A stretch of DNA of 64,000 bases, taken from positions 32,001 through 96,000 of the forward strand of contig CAVUZH010000016.1 in the NCBI GenBank assembly GCA_963745835.1, read 5' to 3'. Source of the stretch: an uncultured delta proteobacterium. Lineage in GTDB: Bacteria > Desulfobacterota > Binatia > UBA9968. The notes under the pieces were generated by a model, which was not told the DNA's origin, searched no databases, and saw only the letters and a program-made list of their open reading frames with translations. Of the stretch, positions 1-12,207 are shown in pieces. The position numbers and the translations under genes were made by a program. Each line of letters starts with the position of its first letter. Position 1 is the stretch's first letter.

Positions 1-830
1 TTTTCCCTCTGGCTGCGGTAACGGCTTCAGCCAGGACCTCCACTGTCGCTAGGGTGTTGTCGAGATGCCGGCCCCCGTGATTAGAGACGATCACGCCTTC
101 GAGTCCCATTTCTGCGCATAACTCGACGTCCTCTCCGGTCATGATGCCTTTGGCGACAACTGCGAGATCGGTTTGCGATTTGATCCATTCTAAATCTTTC
201 CAAGTAGCGGCCGGATCGGATCCTCCTTCGGAGCCGGCAGGTCTCGGCGCACTGGCAGCGTTCGCTGCTGTTGTTTGATAGTTGACACCCCGAGTCCTTC
301 GATAGTTGTTTCTGATGTTGCGCTCACGCTTGGGCGGCCACTGCGAGTCCAGAGTGACACAGATTGCTTCATATCCCGCTCCTTTGGCGCGATCTAGCCA
401 GCTTCTGGTCAGGCTCCGGTCGCGAAACGGATATAACTGCAGCCAGAGATGACCGGGAGCGGCTTTGGCCAATTCTTCAAAGGATGAATTGGAGTTGGCG
501 CTGACAGCCATGATGGTACCCCTTGCCGCAGCGGCGCGGTAGGTGGCGAACTCACCGTCAGGATGTGCCTTTTTATGCCCGCCGCAAGGCGCGATCAAAA
601 CCGGCAGCTTCACCTTGGTTCGGAGCACCGTGGTTGAAAGGTCTAGAGCACTGACATCGCGCAATATTCTCGGCCGCAAGGCCCAGGATTCATAGGCGCG
701 GCGATTTCGTTGGACGCTGATCTCGTCGGTGGCGCCGCCGGCAATGTAATCGTATTCGCTCTTTCGGCAGACGCTCCTTGGCGATAGCTTCGAAGTCAAA
801 CAGATTAATGGGTGTCGAGCTCGTGCTCAT
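1..830 (-). CDS. FMN-dependent alpha-hydroxy-acid oxidase/L-lactate dehydrogenase family protein (frameshifted, runs off window start)
   Basis: Manual translation from ATG 830 (GGAGG RBS at 836-840): MSTSSTPINLFDFEAIAKERLP..YDYIAGGATDEIS..LRPRILRDVS..PVLIAPCG..WLQLYP; near window start VAKGIMTGED and GVIVSNHGGRHLD, hallmark motifs of the family. Confidence 0.85.
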
Positions 831-928
831 GTGGACCTCCGAGAAAAAACCGTGGGTTTAATGACGATAAATGGAAAGGTGCAGTGAGGTTCTTATTTCG
901 GGTTTTAGCTTCTTCGTCTAACCGGCTC

Positions 929-1177
929 TTATTTAGCTTTTAGTTGTCGGTCGTTGTCTTTAAGAAAAGATCGGATCTCATCGGCGTAGTCGAGTAGCCT
1001 AACCCATTGCTCCTTGTAAAGGGTCACAGGGAACCTGCCAAGTCCGTAAATCGACAGGCCGCCTTTTTCGCTGACCTTTAGCCGCAACTGACCGGGTTTT
1101 CGTTCGACCTGTTCACGCAGCGCTCGGTTTTCCGCCTCCAGGCGCGCCAGCTTCTGCTCAGCTGTTTCTTCTGCCAT
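929..1177 (-). CDS. small conserved hypothetical protein (coiled coil + KVSEKGG..YGLGRFPVTLYKEQW motif)
   Basis: 82-aa ORF with GGAGG RBS; motif recognised from uncharacterised proteins of soil bacteria. Confidence 0.7.
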   Translation of the reverse strand: MAEETAEQKLARLEAENRALREQVERKPGQLRLKVSEKGGLSIYGLGRFPVTLYKEQWVRLLDYADEIRSFLKDNDRQLKAK

Positions 1178-1396
1178 AATTCCTCCGATGTTTGCGCTGT
1201 ATGTTCCAGCCTCTAGATTGTGAACCCGACTAGGTTACGACTGCGATTGCCCAAGAACTCTCATATCGCAAAGCAGCCGAGAACGCGAGATCGTTACATG
1301 AGATATCAGAGAAGCAACCGACAGCCAGGCGCGAGACAAACGCGCTACGTAAGAAGTTGTTCATTGGAGAGTTTTAGCATAGTAGGAAATTGAACA

Positions 1397-2489
1397 ATGG
1401 CTCTCTCGATTAAGCCCCGCATCGTCGTCGAGGACGATATCTTTTCTGCGCGTCATCCAGATCGTTCTTGATCCAGCTGCCCCCGGCGATCTATTTGAAG
1501 CCTTTGCTCATTTCTGCGCGCATGACTTGCCGGATTTTCGGGGCTGGTGCGACCGGACCCGCGGCCGTGTGCCTCATTTGTATCCGGCCGATGTCCGGCT
1601 CGTTCGCGACCCTGACGAACTGCTAGTAAATATTCCGGGAGCGGACGCCCTCGTTGTTGAAGCGTTGCCGGTCGGCGCTCGGGAAATTGCCGCTGCCGGC
1701 ACTAACCTGCCAATCGTACAGAGAGATGGCACCATCACTCGACACATCGACAAGACAGCATGCAGCAGTGCCGGTATTCAAGTGAAAACACTGCGGCGCC
1801 GCGCCAATATTTCCACCGCCGAACAAGCTTTAGCGCTGATGCTAGCTTTGGCTCGCCAGCTCAATCAGAATGCCAATCTAATCAGCCTCGAGCAACTCGA
1901 GACAGCGGGCTATACCCCAACACAGTACGACCGATTGCGCACACCCAACGGTAATTGGGCGCGGATCACCGGATTGAAGACGCTTTTCGGACGGCAACTC
2001 GGCATCATCGGATTGGGAGAAATCGGCCGGGAGCTGGCGCTTCGAGCAGCCGCGCTGGGGATGCGAATGGTTTATCATCAGCGACACCGACTGACATCGT
2101 CGGAAGAACAGCACTATCAGGTAAGCTATTCGAGTTTGCAGCAGCTCCTAAAGACATCAGACTGCATTAGTCTGCATCTCCCGCGCACAGTGGAAACCCG
2201 CGGCATTATCGGTCACCGTGAGCTTGCCATCATTCGACCCGGCGCAATGCTGATCAACGTGTCACAGCCTTCGCTCATTGACCGCGCCGCGTTACTCGAG
2301 GCCCTGGAGTCAAATAGGCTGGGAGGTTTCGCCATGGATGGCTTTTACGAAGAACCGGCACGCGCGGACGATCCACTGTTAAAATTCAAAAACGTTATCA
2401 TCACCCCTCATCTTGGCGGTTCACCCCGCTTCAATTCTCTTGACGACATAGAAGAGCTGCTGGACAATCTGGCTAAGGGCTTGTCATAG
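1397..2489 (+). CDS. D-isomer-specific 2-hydroxyacid dehydrogenase (NAD-binding)
   Basis: GIIGLGEIG Rossmann motif, SLHLP, TPHLGG; ATG 1397 (MALSIKPRIVVEDD) joins the 1527 ORF via a frameshift near 1441. Confidence 0.8.
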
Positions 2490-2676
2490 ACCAATTTGCC
2501 AAAAACTTTTTTAAGCAAGACATGGCAGGGATAAGCGCGGCTATTCGGCGCAACCGGTAATAAGCCGGGATAATCCTGGTCGTGAACTTGATAGCCGTGG
2601 TAACTCCGGTTTATATATACAGGGCAAGAATTTTGTCAGGCGTCCAAGCGACGATTGTTTATCATAGGAGGTAGCC

Positions 2677-3762
2677 ATGAGCAGTTCGTTGGCAATCAGA
2701 ATCATCGATGGCGATGGTCATATTATCGAAGATCACGCCGGAATCATCGCCCATATGGAGTCTCCGTATCGGGAAATCGCAAACCGCAAGGGTATCGTCT
2801 TTCCGCCGCTAGATCATCTTCACGCCGGCCGAGCCGTGGAAACACCGCCGCAGCGAGACCAGCGCCCCAACGTGGGACCTAAGGGTTGGCTCGACTTTCT
2901 CGACGATGTCGGAATCGAATGGACGGTGCTCTACCCGACCACGGCTCTTGCTTACGGCAAGATCGTCAGTTTGGACTATGCTGTAGCCGCTTCTCGCGCC
3001 TACAACGACTGGCTTCACGAAACCTATCTTAAATACAATCCGCGGTTTAAGGGAATGGCGATCATACCGATGCAAGACCCGGAAGAAGCCGCCAAAGAGC
3101 TGCGGCGCGCGGTAACGGAGTTAGGAATGCTCGGCGCGATGATGCCGTCGAATGGTTTGGCACAGCCCCTAGGCTCCAAAGCGTACTGGCCGATTTACGC
3201 CGAGGCCGACCGACTTGGCTGCTGTCTTGCGGTTCATGGAGGAGCGCACGACCGCTTTGGTATGGATCACATGAACATGTATGTACCGGTGCATGCATTA
3301 GGTCATCCGTGGGGGTTAACCTTTAATTTCGCGGATATCGTTTACAATGGCATCTTAGAGCGTTTCCCGCGGGTACGGATCGCATTTCTCGAAGGCGGAG
3401 TCGCATGGCTGCTGTTACTACTGGAACGGCTCCACGCATCACACGAGACCCACTTCCAGTATATTCCTCCGTCCGAGTTCGGCATACGAGAAGAAGAGGA
3501 TCCTAGTCAATACATCAAAAAACAAATCCACAACGGGCGCTTTTTCCTCGGCATCGAAACCGAAGAATTGACCCTACCTTTTGCCATTAAGATCGTCGGC
3601 AACTCGCCGTTCCTCTACTCGTCTGATTTTCCACATGAGGTAACCCATGAGAGCTGCAAGCATGATCTCGGTGAGCTAATGGAGAGTGAGGACATCAGCG
3701 GGGAAGACAAAGCCGCGATGCTGTACAAGAATGCCGAAAGCTTTTATAGACTCCCGCTATAA
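2677..3762 (+). CDS. amidohydrolase_2 family protein
   Basis: IIDGDGH, AYNDW, AVHG, FLEGGVAW, YSSDFPH motifs; GGAGG RBS. Confidence 0.9.
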   Translation: MSSSLAIRIIDGDGHIIEDHAGIIAHMESPYREIANRKGIVFPPLDHLHAGRAVETPPQRDQRPNVGPKGWLDFLDDVGIEWTVLYPTTALAYGKIVSLDYAVAASRAYNDWLHETYLKYNPRFKGMAIIPMQDPEEAAKELRRAVTELGMLGAMMPSNGLAQPLGSKAYWPIYAEADRLGCCLAVHGGAHDRFGMDHMNMYVPVHALGHPWGLTFNFADIVYNGILERFPRVRIAFLEGGVAWLLLLLERLHASHETHFQYIPPSEFGIREEEDPSQYIKKQIHNGRFFLGIETEELTLPFAIKIVGNSPFLYSSDFPHEVTHESCKHDLGELMESEDISGEDKAAMLYKNAESFYRLPL

Positions 3763-4007
3763 AGATAGCCAAGCGAGACTTGAAGCATCGTATCCGCTTA
3801 ACTGTCCTGGGTGTGCACGATCGGTGAGATTCAGGTCCCCGTGACTAAGGTCAGGATTTCGGAAAGTAATCGCTTCAAAGTTGTACTGGTTCGTCGGGAA
3901 ATTAGTTCAACCGTGCACGTGATCCTTATCGAGTCTTGGGGCACGAAGAATCCTTATTTGTCGTCTTTTGCTGAATCAACTGCCCACTCCAACATGGAGG
4001 ATTACCT

Positions 4008-5093
4008 ATGAGCGATTGCCGCGCTGCCGTTATCACCGCGCATAATCAACCGCTGACGATCGAGCGAGTACCGATCCCCGATCTCGAGCCGGGAGCGCTG
4101 CTGGTAAAAATTGCAGCCTCTACTCTCTGCGGAACGGACGTACACCGTTGGCATGGACCGTTAGGCGATGGAGATACCTTACCGATTATCACCGGGCATG
4201 AACCCTGCGGTTATATCGAAGAGATCCATGGAGAGCGGACTGATATTTTCGGAAATCCAATAAGCCGCGGCGATCGTATTGTTTGGAGCTACGTTGCCTG
4301 CGGAAGCTGTTATTATTGCAGCGTCGCGCTGCAACCGTGTATTTGCCCGGGACGCGCTTCCTGGGGCCATAACCGCAGCGACCAGTACCCTTACCTGCTT
4401 GGTAGCTGCGCTGAATACATGTACGTGCCCGCTCCGTGCTTGATTATTAAAGTGCCGGAAGAAGTCTCCTCCGCTTCGGCGGCAGCTTCAGCCTGCGCCT
4501 ACCGCACGGTGATGCATGGCTTTGATAGGCTCGGCGCAATCAAAAGCAATGAAACGGTAGTGATCCAAGGTAGCGGGCCACTGGGTAATTTCGCTACCGC
4601 AGTGGCCAAAGATCACGGCGCCAAAAAGGTATTGGTCATTGGCGCGCCCGCCGCCCGCTTGGAAGTCACCAAGCGTATGGGAGCGGATGGGGTGCTGAAT
4701 TTGGAAGAGGTGACTGATGCGAAAGACCGCCGGCAATGGGTTTACGATCACACCGAGGGTCGCGGCGGTGACGTTGTCATTCAGGTGGCTAACAATATGG
4801 CGGTGCCCGAGGGGCTCACATTGCTTCGGGGCGGGGGGCGCTATTTAAACATCGGCGCCGGCGGCAAGGCCAATATCGCGGTTGAGCGCTTGCCGCAGGA
4901 AATGACCTTGCTAACGGTCAGATCCGCCGAACCGCGCCATTGGCTGCAAGCAATTGATTTTCTGGCCTCGCGCAACAGTAGATTTCCGTTCGAGGAAATG
5001 ATTACGGCACGCTACGATCTCGAGCACGTGAACGAAGCGCTACAAGCGATGGCGAGCTACCAAGTCGTAAAAGCCGTGATCGATTTTCACTGA
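4008..5093 (+). CDS. zinc-binding alcohol dehydrogenase (MDR family)
   Basis: CGTDVH, GHE, CGSCYYC..C structural Zn motif, GSGPLG. Confidence 0.9.
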   Translation: MSDCRAAVITAHNQPLTIERVPIPDLEPGALLVKIAASTLCGTDVHRWHGPLGDGDTLPIITGHEPCGYIEEIHGERTDIFGNPISRGDRIVWSYVACGSCYYCSVALQPCICPGRASWGHNRSDQYPYLLGSCAEYMYVPAPCLIIKVPEEVSSASAAASACAYRTVMHGFDRLGAIKSNETVVIQGSGPLGNFATAVAKDHGAKKVLVIGAPAARLEVTKRMGADGVLNLEEVTDAKDRRQWVYDHTEGRGGDVVIQVANNMAVPEGLTLLRGGGRYLNIGAGGKANIAVERLPQEMTLLTVRSAEPRHWLQAIDFLASRNSRFPFEEMITARYDLEHVNEALQAMASYQVVKAVIDFH

Positions 5094-5272
5094 GCTTTAC
5101 AGTCACGAGCAAAAAGCTTTTTCCGGAGCTAAAGACCGCGAGAAGGGCTAGTCAGAAAGGAGATGAGATCTAACTGCAAGCAACAGTAAAACCGAACATC
5201 AAGGAAGCTTGAGACACTTCGCCTCTGATTCAGATAACAGAGATCGTTAAAGCAACTGACGGGATGTTACGA

Positions 5273-8200
5273 CTATGCTTCCGCGGAGCTTGGAAGCTCT
5301 TTAATTTGTCCGGCGGCGCCACCCGTTGGCAAAGTCACGCTGAAAACTGAACCCTTGCCGATCTCACTCTGCATGGACACTCGTCCGCCGAGCAGTTCAG
5401 TGAATGTCTTAACGATGTAAAGCCCGAGTCCTATGCCGCCATGTTTTCGTGTCGTTGAGCTATCGACTTGTTGAAACATTCCAAAGATCGTTTCCATTTG
5501 CTCTCTGGGAATTCCCATTCCGGTATCCGATACCAGTATTTCAATCGCGCGATCTTCTAGAATCTCGCGCGCAGAGATAGAGATGCTGCCCTCCTCAGTG
5601 AATTTAAGCGCGTTATTGATCAGATTCTGAATCACGGCCTTGAGCTTTTCATCATCGCTGTTCAGAAAGGGCAAAGTGCGCGGGTAATGCCAGTTAATAA
5701 CGACTTCTTTTTTAGCAATGGCATAACTGGATTTCAGCTCGTCGAGGAGAGCACAAAGATTTACATGACGGCAATTCACCTTGGCCGCGCCGGCCTGTAT
5801 CGTCGTGACCTGCAACACCTGATTGATCATGCTCAGGAGATCCTTGGTTTGGCTCACGATCTTTGCCAACGCCTTATCCTGCTCGGGATTGATATCGCCG
5901 AACACCTGCGACTGGATCAGTTCCGTATAACCTTTGATGACGTTCAAAGGGGTTCGCAGTTCATGGGAAATGATGCCGAGAAACTCGTCTTTTCCTTTAT
6001 TGGCCGTCTCAAGCTCCACACTCTTTTGCTTAATCTGAGAAAAAAGGTTCGCGTTACCCAGGGTGATACCCAGGTTGTAGGCGATCGACTTGACCAACTG
6101 CTGGTCGGCTTCCGAAAACTTGTGCGGCTGTTTGCCGAGAAAATTCATGACTCCCAAACCTTCGTTTCTAACTTTTATCGGAATCAGAAAGGAACTGCAA
6201 AACCGGCCCGCAGCATGACTTTATTATGGGCCATCTTGGGTATACATAGAATCGCTCTGCATGTCTTCGGCGATCATCGGCTCTCCCGTTTCGAACGCTT
6301 TCCCCACGCGCCCCTCACCGATGCGGTAAGTCTTCACCAGTCGGATATTTTCCGGGAAGCCGGCGTGAGCCGCTAGACACAGCTCTTCAGCGTCACCCTC
6401 GCGCAGGTAGATGCGCGCGGCGTCAAAACCGAAGATGCGTAAAACCTCATGCATGCTCTTATCCAAAGCAGTATTGATATCAAGAGACTCGCTGCCGATT
6501 GCAGCGATCGAATAAAGAGCAGAAAGTTCTTTCGCTTTCGTGGCGGTTTGCTGATAAAGCGTGGCGTTCTCTACAGCGATACCAATCTGGTTGTTCATGG
6601 ATTGGAGTAAATTGACTTCCGCGGCGTCAAGTTTTCGCGGTATCTTTCCCGCACAAACCATGGCTCCCCAAATTTTAAGTTTAGTCTTGATCGGGAACAT
6701 CCCAAAGAAACGAGCTTGAGCTCTCAGGGCATTTCTGCTGTCGGTCAATGCAAGATAATTAGGATCATGCGCAATATCCTCGCAAATGAACGGCTCTCCC
6801 GTTTCGGTGACCCTGCCGATAATAGACTCGCCGCGCCGAAAGCGCACAGTTTGATTCCAAAACTCCGATTTGGATTCAAAACCGGCCTTGACATGCAACT
6901 CGGTCATATCGCCATTGAAAAGAAAAATACGCGTCGCCTCAAAACTGAAAATCTCCGTTACTTTGTGAATAGCCTCTTTTAAGACGACGTCGAGATCCAA
7001 AGACTGGGTGGCGGCAATCGTTAATGAATGTAACGCGGCAATTTCGCCGCCGCTACGTTTTGCCGCTTATAAAGCTTGGCGTTATGTATGGCTAAGGACA
7101 ATTGTCCTGCAAGACGTTTTAGGAATTCTATTTCCTCGCCGCTAAAGGATTGCCCTTCCTTGGTATAAAAACCAGATACGACCCAATATTTCGTCTTTGG
7201 CGATCAGCGGCACGCCATCAATCAGGAGGCCAACCCGAACCTTCGGGCAAAACGGCTGGTATGACGTGGATCGGTTTGCGTATCGGCTACGGTGAGCGGC
7301 TCTTTGCTGTCCAGAACTAGCTTGGCAAACCCGCGCAATGATTTCGAATACCCCTCACGCAAGCGGTCTCGTCGATATTCCTGCACGCGGTGGGTTCCAG
7401 TTCGCCGGTTCTGTTATTAAGCAGCCGGACCGTAGCAACGACACCCGGAAAAGCCATGTCAATTTTTTCCAGCAATTGATTGAGCATCGCGGTTAGATCC
7501 AGAGTCGAGGCAATCACCAAATCCATCTGATGAAAGGCCCGGGTTCGTTCGAGGCTTCTCTGTATCTGTTCTCTTGCTTTGGCGGCTTCCACGCGCCGCA
7601 TTTCTAGGATCTCGGCCATTTCATCAAGAGCAGCGGCGAGTCGACCGATCTCATGATCCGCGTGAAAGAGTCCGGTGCGCGCACTGAGCTCGCCTTTGCC
7701 GATTTTTTCCGTGGTCGCCACCAGCGCATTTAACTGCCGCAACACAAACATCTCGCTACCGACCCATGCGGCCAAGAGCGCCAAGAGTCCGACGATCATT
7801 AAGGCAGCTAGATTTCTCTTCAGAACCCAGCTGGCTTCACTCAAAGCGATCTCACTGGGAATGCTCATACTGATTTGAAGATCGCTCTTCCCTGTTAGAT
7901 CGCCAAACGACTTGTAAGCGTAAAGGTGTTCCTTTCCGTCCGGTCCAATTCTTTGAGCGATCCCCTCGCCGCGACCTGAAGAGTTTTGAGACAAGCCGCT
8001 CTCAACGGCCGGCTTTCCAAGCCACTGTTCAGGATTAGGGTGACGCGCCAGAATGGTGCCTTTACGGTCAACGACGGTGAAAGTATAACTCTCAGGAACC
8101 TGTGCCGCGGCGATGATTGCGCTCAGGGAAGCCAAATCGAGCCCGGCAAACACAATACCATCCAGTTCACCGCCGGCGTCGAAAGTCGGATAGGCCATAT

Positions 8201-8669
8201 TCAGGCTGGCCTTGCCGCTCACTCGCCCTATTTGATATTCACCGAGCGCGAAAGCACTGCTCTGAACGGCGTTTTTAAAATAAGCGCGATCAGCAACGTT
8301 GATCGGGTTGAGGATAGGTCGAGCACTACAAATCAGGTCTCCATTGAGGTTTACGACGCCCAAGTTCGTGTAAAGGGGATATTCTTTGATCAGTCCGGAC
8401 AGCTGGCTGTTACACGCTTGCCGATCATCTTTACGCATCGTAGCTAGCCGGGATAGTGCAATGAGCAAATGGCGGGTACTTTCGATTAACCGCTCGTGAC
8501 TTGCGACCAAGACCCGCACAGCTCGAAGCGCTTCGCTCTCTGCCGACGACCTGGCTAACTGCCGCTGTTCAGCGGCACTGTAAAGAATAAGCCCGAGAGC
8601 AGGTAGAACCGCTAACAAAACGAGTTGAATTAGCCTTGCTCGAAGACTTCTGTGGTTAGACGCGGGCAT
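5273..8669 (-). CDS. membrane sensor histidine kinase: Cache + HAMP + multiple GAF + HisKA + HATPase (split by several frameshifts)
   Basis: 7317-8669 has TM-Cache-TM-HAMP (HEIGRLAAALDEM); 6224-7000 has GAF repeats; 5273-6157 has SHELRTPL, NLINNALKF, DTGMG, GIGLGL. Confidence 0.85.
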
Positions 8670-8748
8670 ATCTTGGTCGCCGCGCCATCCTCTTGACTGC
8701 AAATAGCAGCAATACCGGTTAGATGGGCGCTGGCCTGGCTGACTTAGG

Positions 8749-8763
8749 GCAAAGGGTATGCCA
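8749..8763 (-). promoter_or_regulatory. putative sigma54 (-24/-12) promoter of the histidine kinase
   Basis: Minus strand TGGCAT-ACCCT-TTGC, ~80 bp upstream of ATG 8669. Confidence 0.5.
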
Positions 8764-8889
8764 CAGCCGATGATCTGTAACTTCCGAATATTTATGAAAA
8801 GTTTTAAATAAAGAGCGTACGACGTGGGCAGTACTTGGCAATAAGGGACATTTAACGACAGGATGATGCGGTGAGCTACGAGTGCAGGT

Positions 8890-8938
8890 AAAAAAAAGAG
8901 GCCGGATAGGCTGCTAAGCTCTAGCAACTCATCCGGCC
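8890..8938 (-). terminator. Rho-independent terminator after the DUF1328 gene
   Basis: Minus strand GGCCGGAT..TGCTA/TAGCA..ATCCGGCC stem followed by TCTTTTTTTT. Confidence 0.7.
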
Positions 8939-8965
8939 CCATTATTGGTAAATCCGCAATACGGT

Positions 8966-9133
8966 TCAGACGGGTGGCGTACGCCTACCCATAACCAAGC
9001 TCACTAAAAAAAGAACCAGAAATACAACAAACAGAATCCAAGCGATCTGGGTCGCCGCGCCAGCAATCCCCGAGAGGCCTAAAAGCCCAGCAATCAGACC
9101 AATGACTAAAAATGTAATACTCCAGCTCAGCAT
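8966..9133 (-). CDS. DUF1328 (YtjA-like) small membrane protein, 55 aa (below ORF-track cutoff)
   Basis: [55 protein letters not shown]; AAAGGAG RBS. Confidence 0.85.
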   Translation of the reverse strand: MLSWSITFLVIGLIAGLLGLSGIAGAATQIAWILFVVFLVLFLVSLVMGRRTPPV

Positions 9134-9208
9134 GTCAGTTCTCCTTTCACTTAACTTTGGTTTCTCCTCTTACTACACCCACAGCACTGGTAATAGCTTC
9201 AACCTTGC

Positions 9209-9772
9209 TTAACCAGCCTCTTCCCTTCCACTCTCTTCCGGCAATAGTTCAATCCGAACCAGTGTCAACCCGGATTCGACAAATCCCAAAGCGTTAGCAG
9301 CCGCATGTGATACATCAATCACACGCTGACCGATATAAGGGCCTCGATCATTGATCTCTAGTTCAACAGTATTGCCATTCTGCAAATTAGTCACTTTCGC
9401 TTTTGTCCCCAGCGGAATCGTTTTGTGCGCCGCCGTCAGTTTGCCCTGGTCAAAAATTTCTCCACTCGCGGTTTTCTTGCCGTGAAATCCAGGGCCATAC
9501 CACGAGGCTTGGCCACGAATCACTTTTTTGTGCGCCCTCTCGCGGCTATTTTTTTGAGGCTGTAGCTTGGGCCGGATTTGAGCGGGTTGGTTGTTTGTCT
9601 TACCTGAGGAGTCGTCCAGAGTCGCCGCTTCAGCTGACTGCGCCTGTTCTAACGGAGATCCCGGGATGACGCCGCCACCCTGCAGCAGCGATGATACAAG
9701 TAAAACGACCAACCCGATTGGCGCCTCTTTCTGACGAGAAGATACGTCGTTGATTTTTTCACAAGCCAGCAT
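9209..9772 (-). CDS. rlpA: septal ring lytic transglycosylase RlpA family protein
   Basis: GQASWYG..GKKTASGE..TAAHKTIPLGT..INDRGPY..RVIDVS DPBB motif. Confidence 0.85.
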   Translation of the reverse strand: MLACEKINDVSSRQKEAPIGLVVLLVSSLLQGGGVIPGSPLEQAQSAEAATLDDSSGKTNNQPAQIRPKLQPQKNSRERAHKKVIRGQASWYGPGFHGKKTASGEIFDQGKLTAAHKTIPLGTKAKVTNLQNGNTVELEINDRGPYIGQRVIDVSHAAANALGFVESGLTLVRIELLPEESGREEAG

Positions 9773-9854
9773 GCTCTCTTCCTCCAGTCGTCACTTAGGC
9801 GTAGTGCGGAGCAAGTTCCTAGCGGGCAATTTCTTCATTGTTGTTAAAGATAAG

Positions 9855-9869
9855 GCAAGAGGCGTGCCG
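9855..9869 (-). promoter_or_regulatory. putative sigma54 promoter of rlpA-DUF1328
   Basis: Minus strand CGGCAC-GCCTC-TTGC, ~83 bp upstream of the rlpA start. Confidence 0.55.
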
Positions 9870-10146
9870 GCATCATAACTACGCGCTATAAGACCGCGAA
9901 TTTAGAGCCGATTTTCGCACCTGTACAAAGCAATGATGGGCTGGCACCTGTACTGAATCTCCTACAAGGACCTGCCTACATTGGAAATTAGGATTGAGAG
10001 GTAACGAGAATGAAACAGCAGAATTTATTTATTAATCGAGCGTTACAAGGCGGGAATCGAGACTGACCCGAAGCGGATCGCGAATGTGTCTTAGCAATGA
10101 CACACTCAACGTGCTGAGCTTATTAGAAAAGATCTAATCAACATGT

Positions 10147-11897
10147 TCATGCTAAAGGATCCTTGCAAATAACGTTTAGCAAAGCTTGGCGCTTTTCTTC
10201 CTTTACGACTTTCAACGCCTGTTGCAGCGCGCCCGGAAGCTCTTCTGGTTGTTCGACACGCTTGGCGTACGCACCGCACGCTTGCGCCGTCAATTCAAAC
10301 TTTGGCGATGGGCTCAAATCTGTTCCCGGGAAGTTACGCGTCTTTTGCGCGACGCCGTCAGGAAAGAGTCCGCGCGCGGCATTGAGGCTCGCGTTCCAGG
10401 CTTGGTTGTTGTAGACCACGGTGAGAAAGGGAATCTGATACTTTTGCGCGGTAAAATGACACGCCGTTGGCGCACAGAACATATACGAGCCATCTCCTTC
10501 CGCGGCAATGACAGTTGCGTCAGGCGCTGCCAATTTGATGCCGATGGCGGCACCCAGACCCCAACCGAGATGACCCGCCAACGGCGTGCCGAATTGGGAA
10601 CCCGGCCGGTTCAAATGGATCACATCGGCAAGTCTCGAGGTCACGGTTTCATTGACAACGATGGTTTTTTCATCCATCACATCACCGATACATTTTGACA
10701 CCCACAACGGACTCATCGGCTTTTCACTCTTGACTGCGTTAATACTGTCCTCGATTCGGCGCCACATTGCTTGATGTTCATCTGCTATCTTCTTACGTCG
10801 GTCATCAAATCTACTCTGCTCGATCTTACTTGCTTGTAGCTTGGTTTTAATCATCGACGTCAACACCGGCAAAGATATCTCCGAGCAACCGGTTATGGGC
10901 AAATCGGCAGGAAAGCCCCAGCCGGGAATCGCGGTAAACAATGGATCGCGTTCGAGATGAATAATTTTCGCTCCGCCTCGGAGAAAACTTCGGCTAGGCG
11001 GCTCCCACGGCACATCGGTATCAATGAAAAAAAGCACATCGGCGTTTTTTGAATGCTAGCGTAGTTTGTACCCCGAACGTAAAGCGGATGGTCGGTCGGA
11101 AAGTTGAGATAATTCATTTGTTGGACAACTGGAATGGCAAGGATTTCAGCAAGGCTTACAAGTTGCGGCACCGCTTCGGGATTGCGCCCTAGATATTTCG
11201 TCACGATCAGTGGATTTTCCGCCGCAATCAGAAGCTCCGCGGCTTGTTCTAGTGCGGCATAATCGCCCTGGATCTTGGTCGCGGGCGTCAAAGAATCGGG
11301 CGACAACTGCGTGGACTGCAAGGGTTCGCACAACCATTCGCGCGGCAACGTCAGATAAACCGGACCGCGTGGCTCGCTCATCGCGATCTTGAAGGCGCGT
11401 GAAACGATAGCAGCGAGGTTTTGATTGGTTCTGAGTTCATAGTCCCATTTGACGAACTCGCGGACGATGTTTCCTTGATCACGCGACTCCTGCCGCCAGT
11501 GAATATTCTGGCTTTTACCGCCGAGCAATTCACCTTCGGTAATCGGCGTCCTGCCCGCCACCAGGAGTATGGGGACATTTGCCGAATGCGCATTGATGAT
11601 TCCTCCCAACGCATTAGCCGTTCCGGGTAACGTGTGCACCAACACCATTTGCGGCTTTTGAGTCACATTGTAATATCCATGCGCCATCGACACCGCCGCC
11701 AACTCGTGCGGTACAACGATGGGTCGAATATCATTAGGGTCTTCGTTCGCGGTCTTGGCCAAGGCTTCAATGATCGGGCCATGATCGGTTCCGGTATTGG
11801 CAAACAGATAACGGACCGTGCCTAACGCGCGCACCTGCGCCAAGAACGCCTCCGCCCCGGTAGAGACCGGCGTTGATCCTGCTCTTCTTTCACTCAT
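10147..11897 (-). CDS. thiamine pyrophosphate-requiring enzyme (acetolactate synthase/benzoylformate decarboxylase-like), frameshift near 11040
   Basis: N-half: ANTGTD, PHELAAVSMAHG, GPVYLTLP; C-half: GDGSYMF..NN TPP-binding motif. Confidence 0.88.
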
Positions 11898-12207
11898 GAA
11901 TGATTCTCTTTTCCCGCCTAATGGCGAACCGGATTAGATGAGGGAGGGGATGAAAGCTGATCCCGCCTATGATTCATCTTTGAAGATTTTTGATTCTCAC
12001 GCCACTCTTGGCAGACTACATGGGAAGCTTCGAGGGCGTCAAGTCGGGATCGTCTTGGACTCATCGCTAACCGCACATGAGCTCGATCATCGCAGATGAC
12101 GATAACGAATGGCGCAAACGATCTTGACAAAGTTTTCCTAAATGAAAGATTAAGCCGATCATCGACTTCGGCTAACTCTCAACTAAGAACTAGGAGGAAG
12201 ATAGATA

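Noticed and set aside
8670-8942. N-terminal extension of the 541-aa ORF
   Set aside because: It spans a terminator and a sigma54 motif; recognisable kinase sequence starts at ATG 8669
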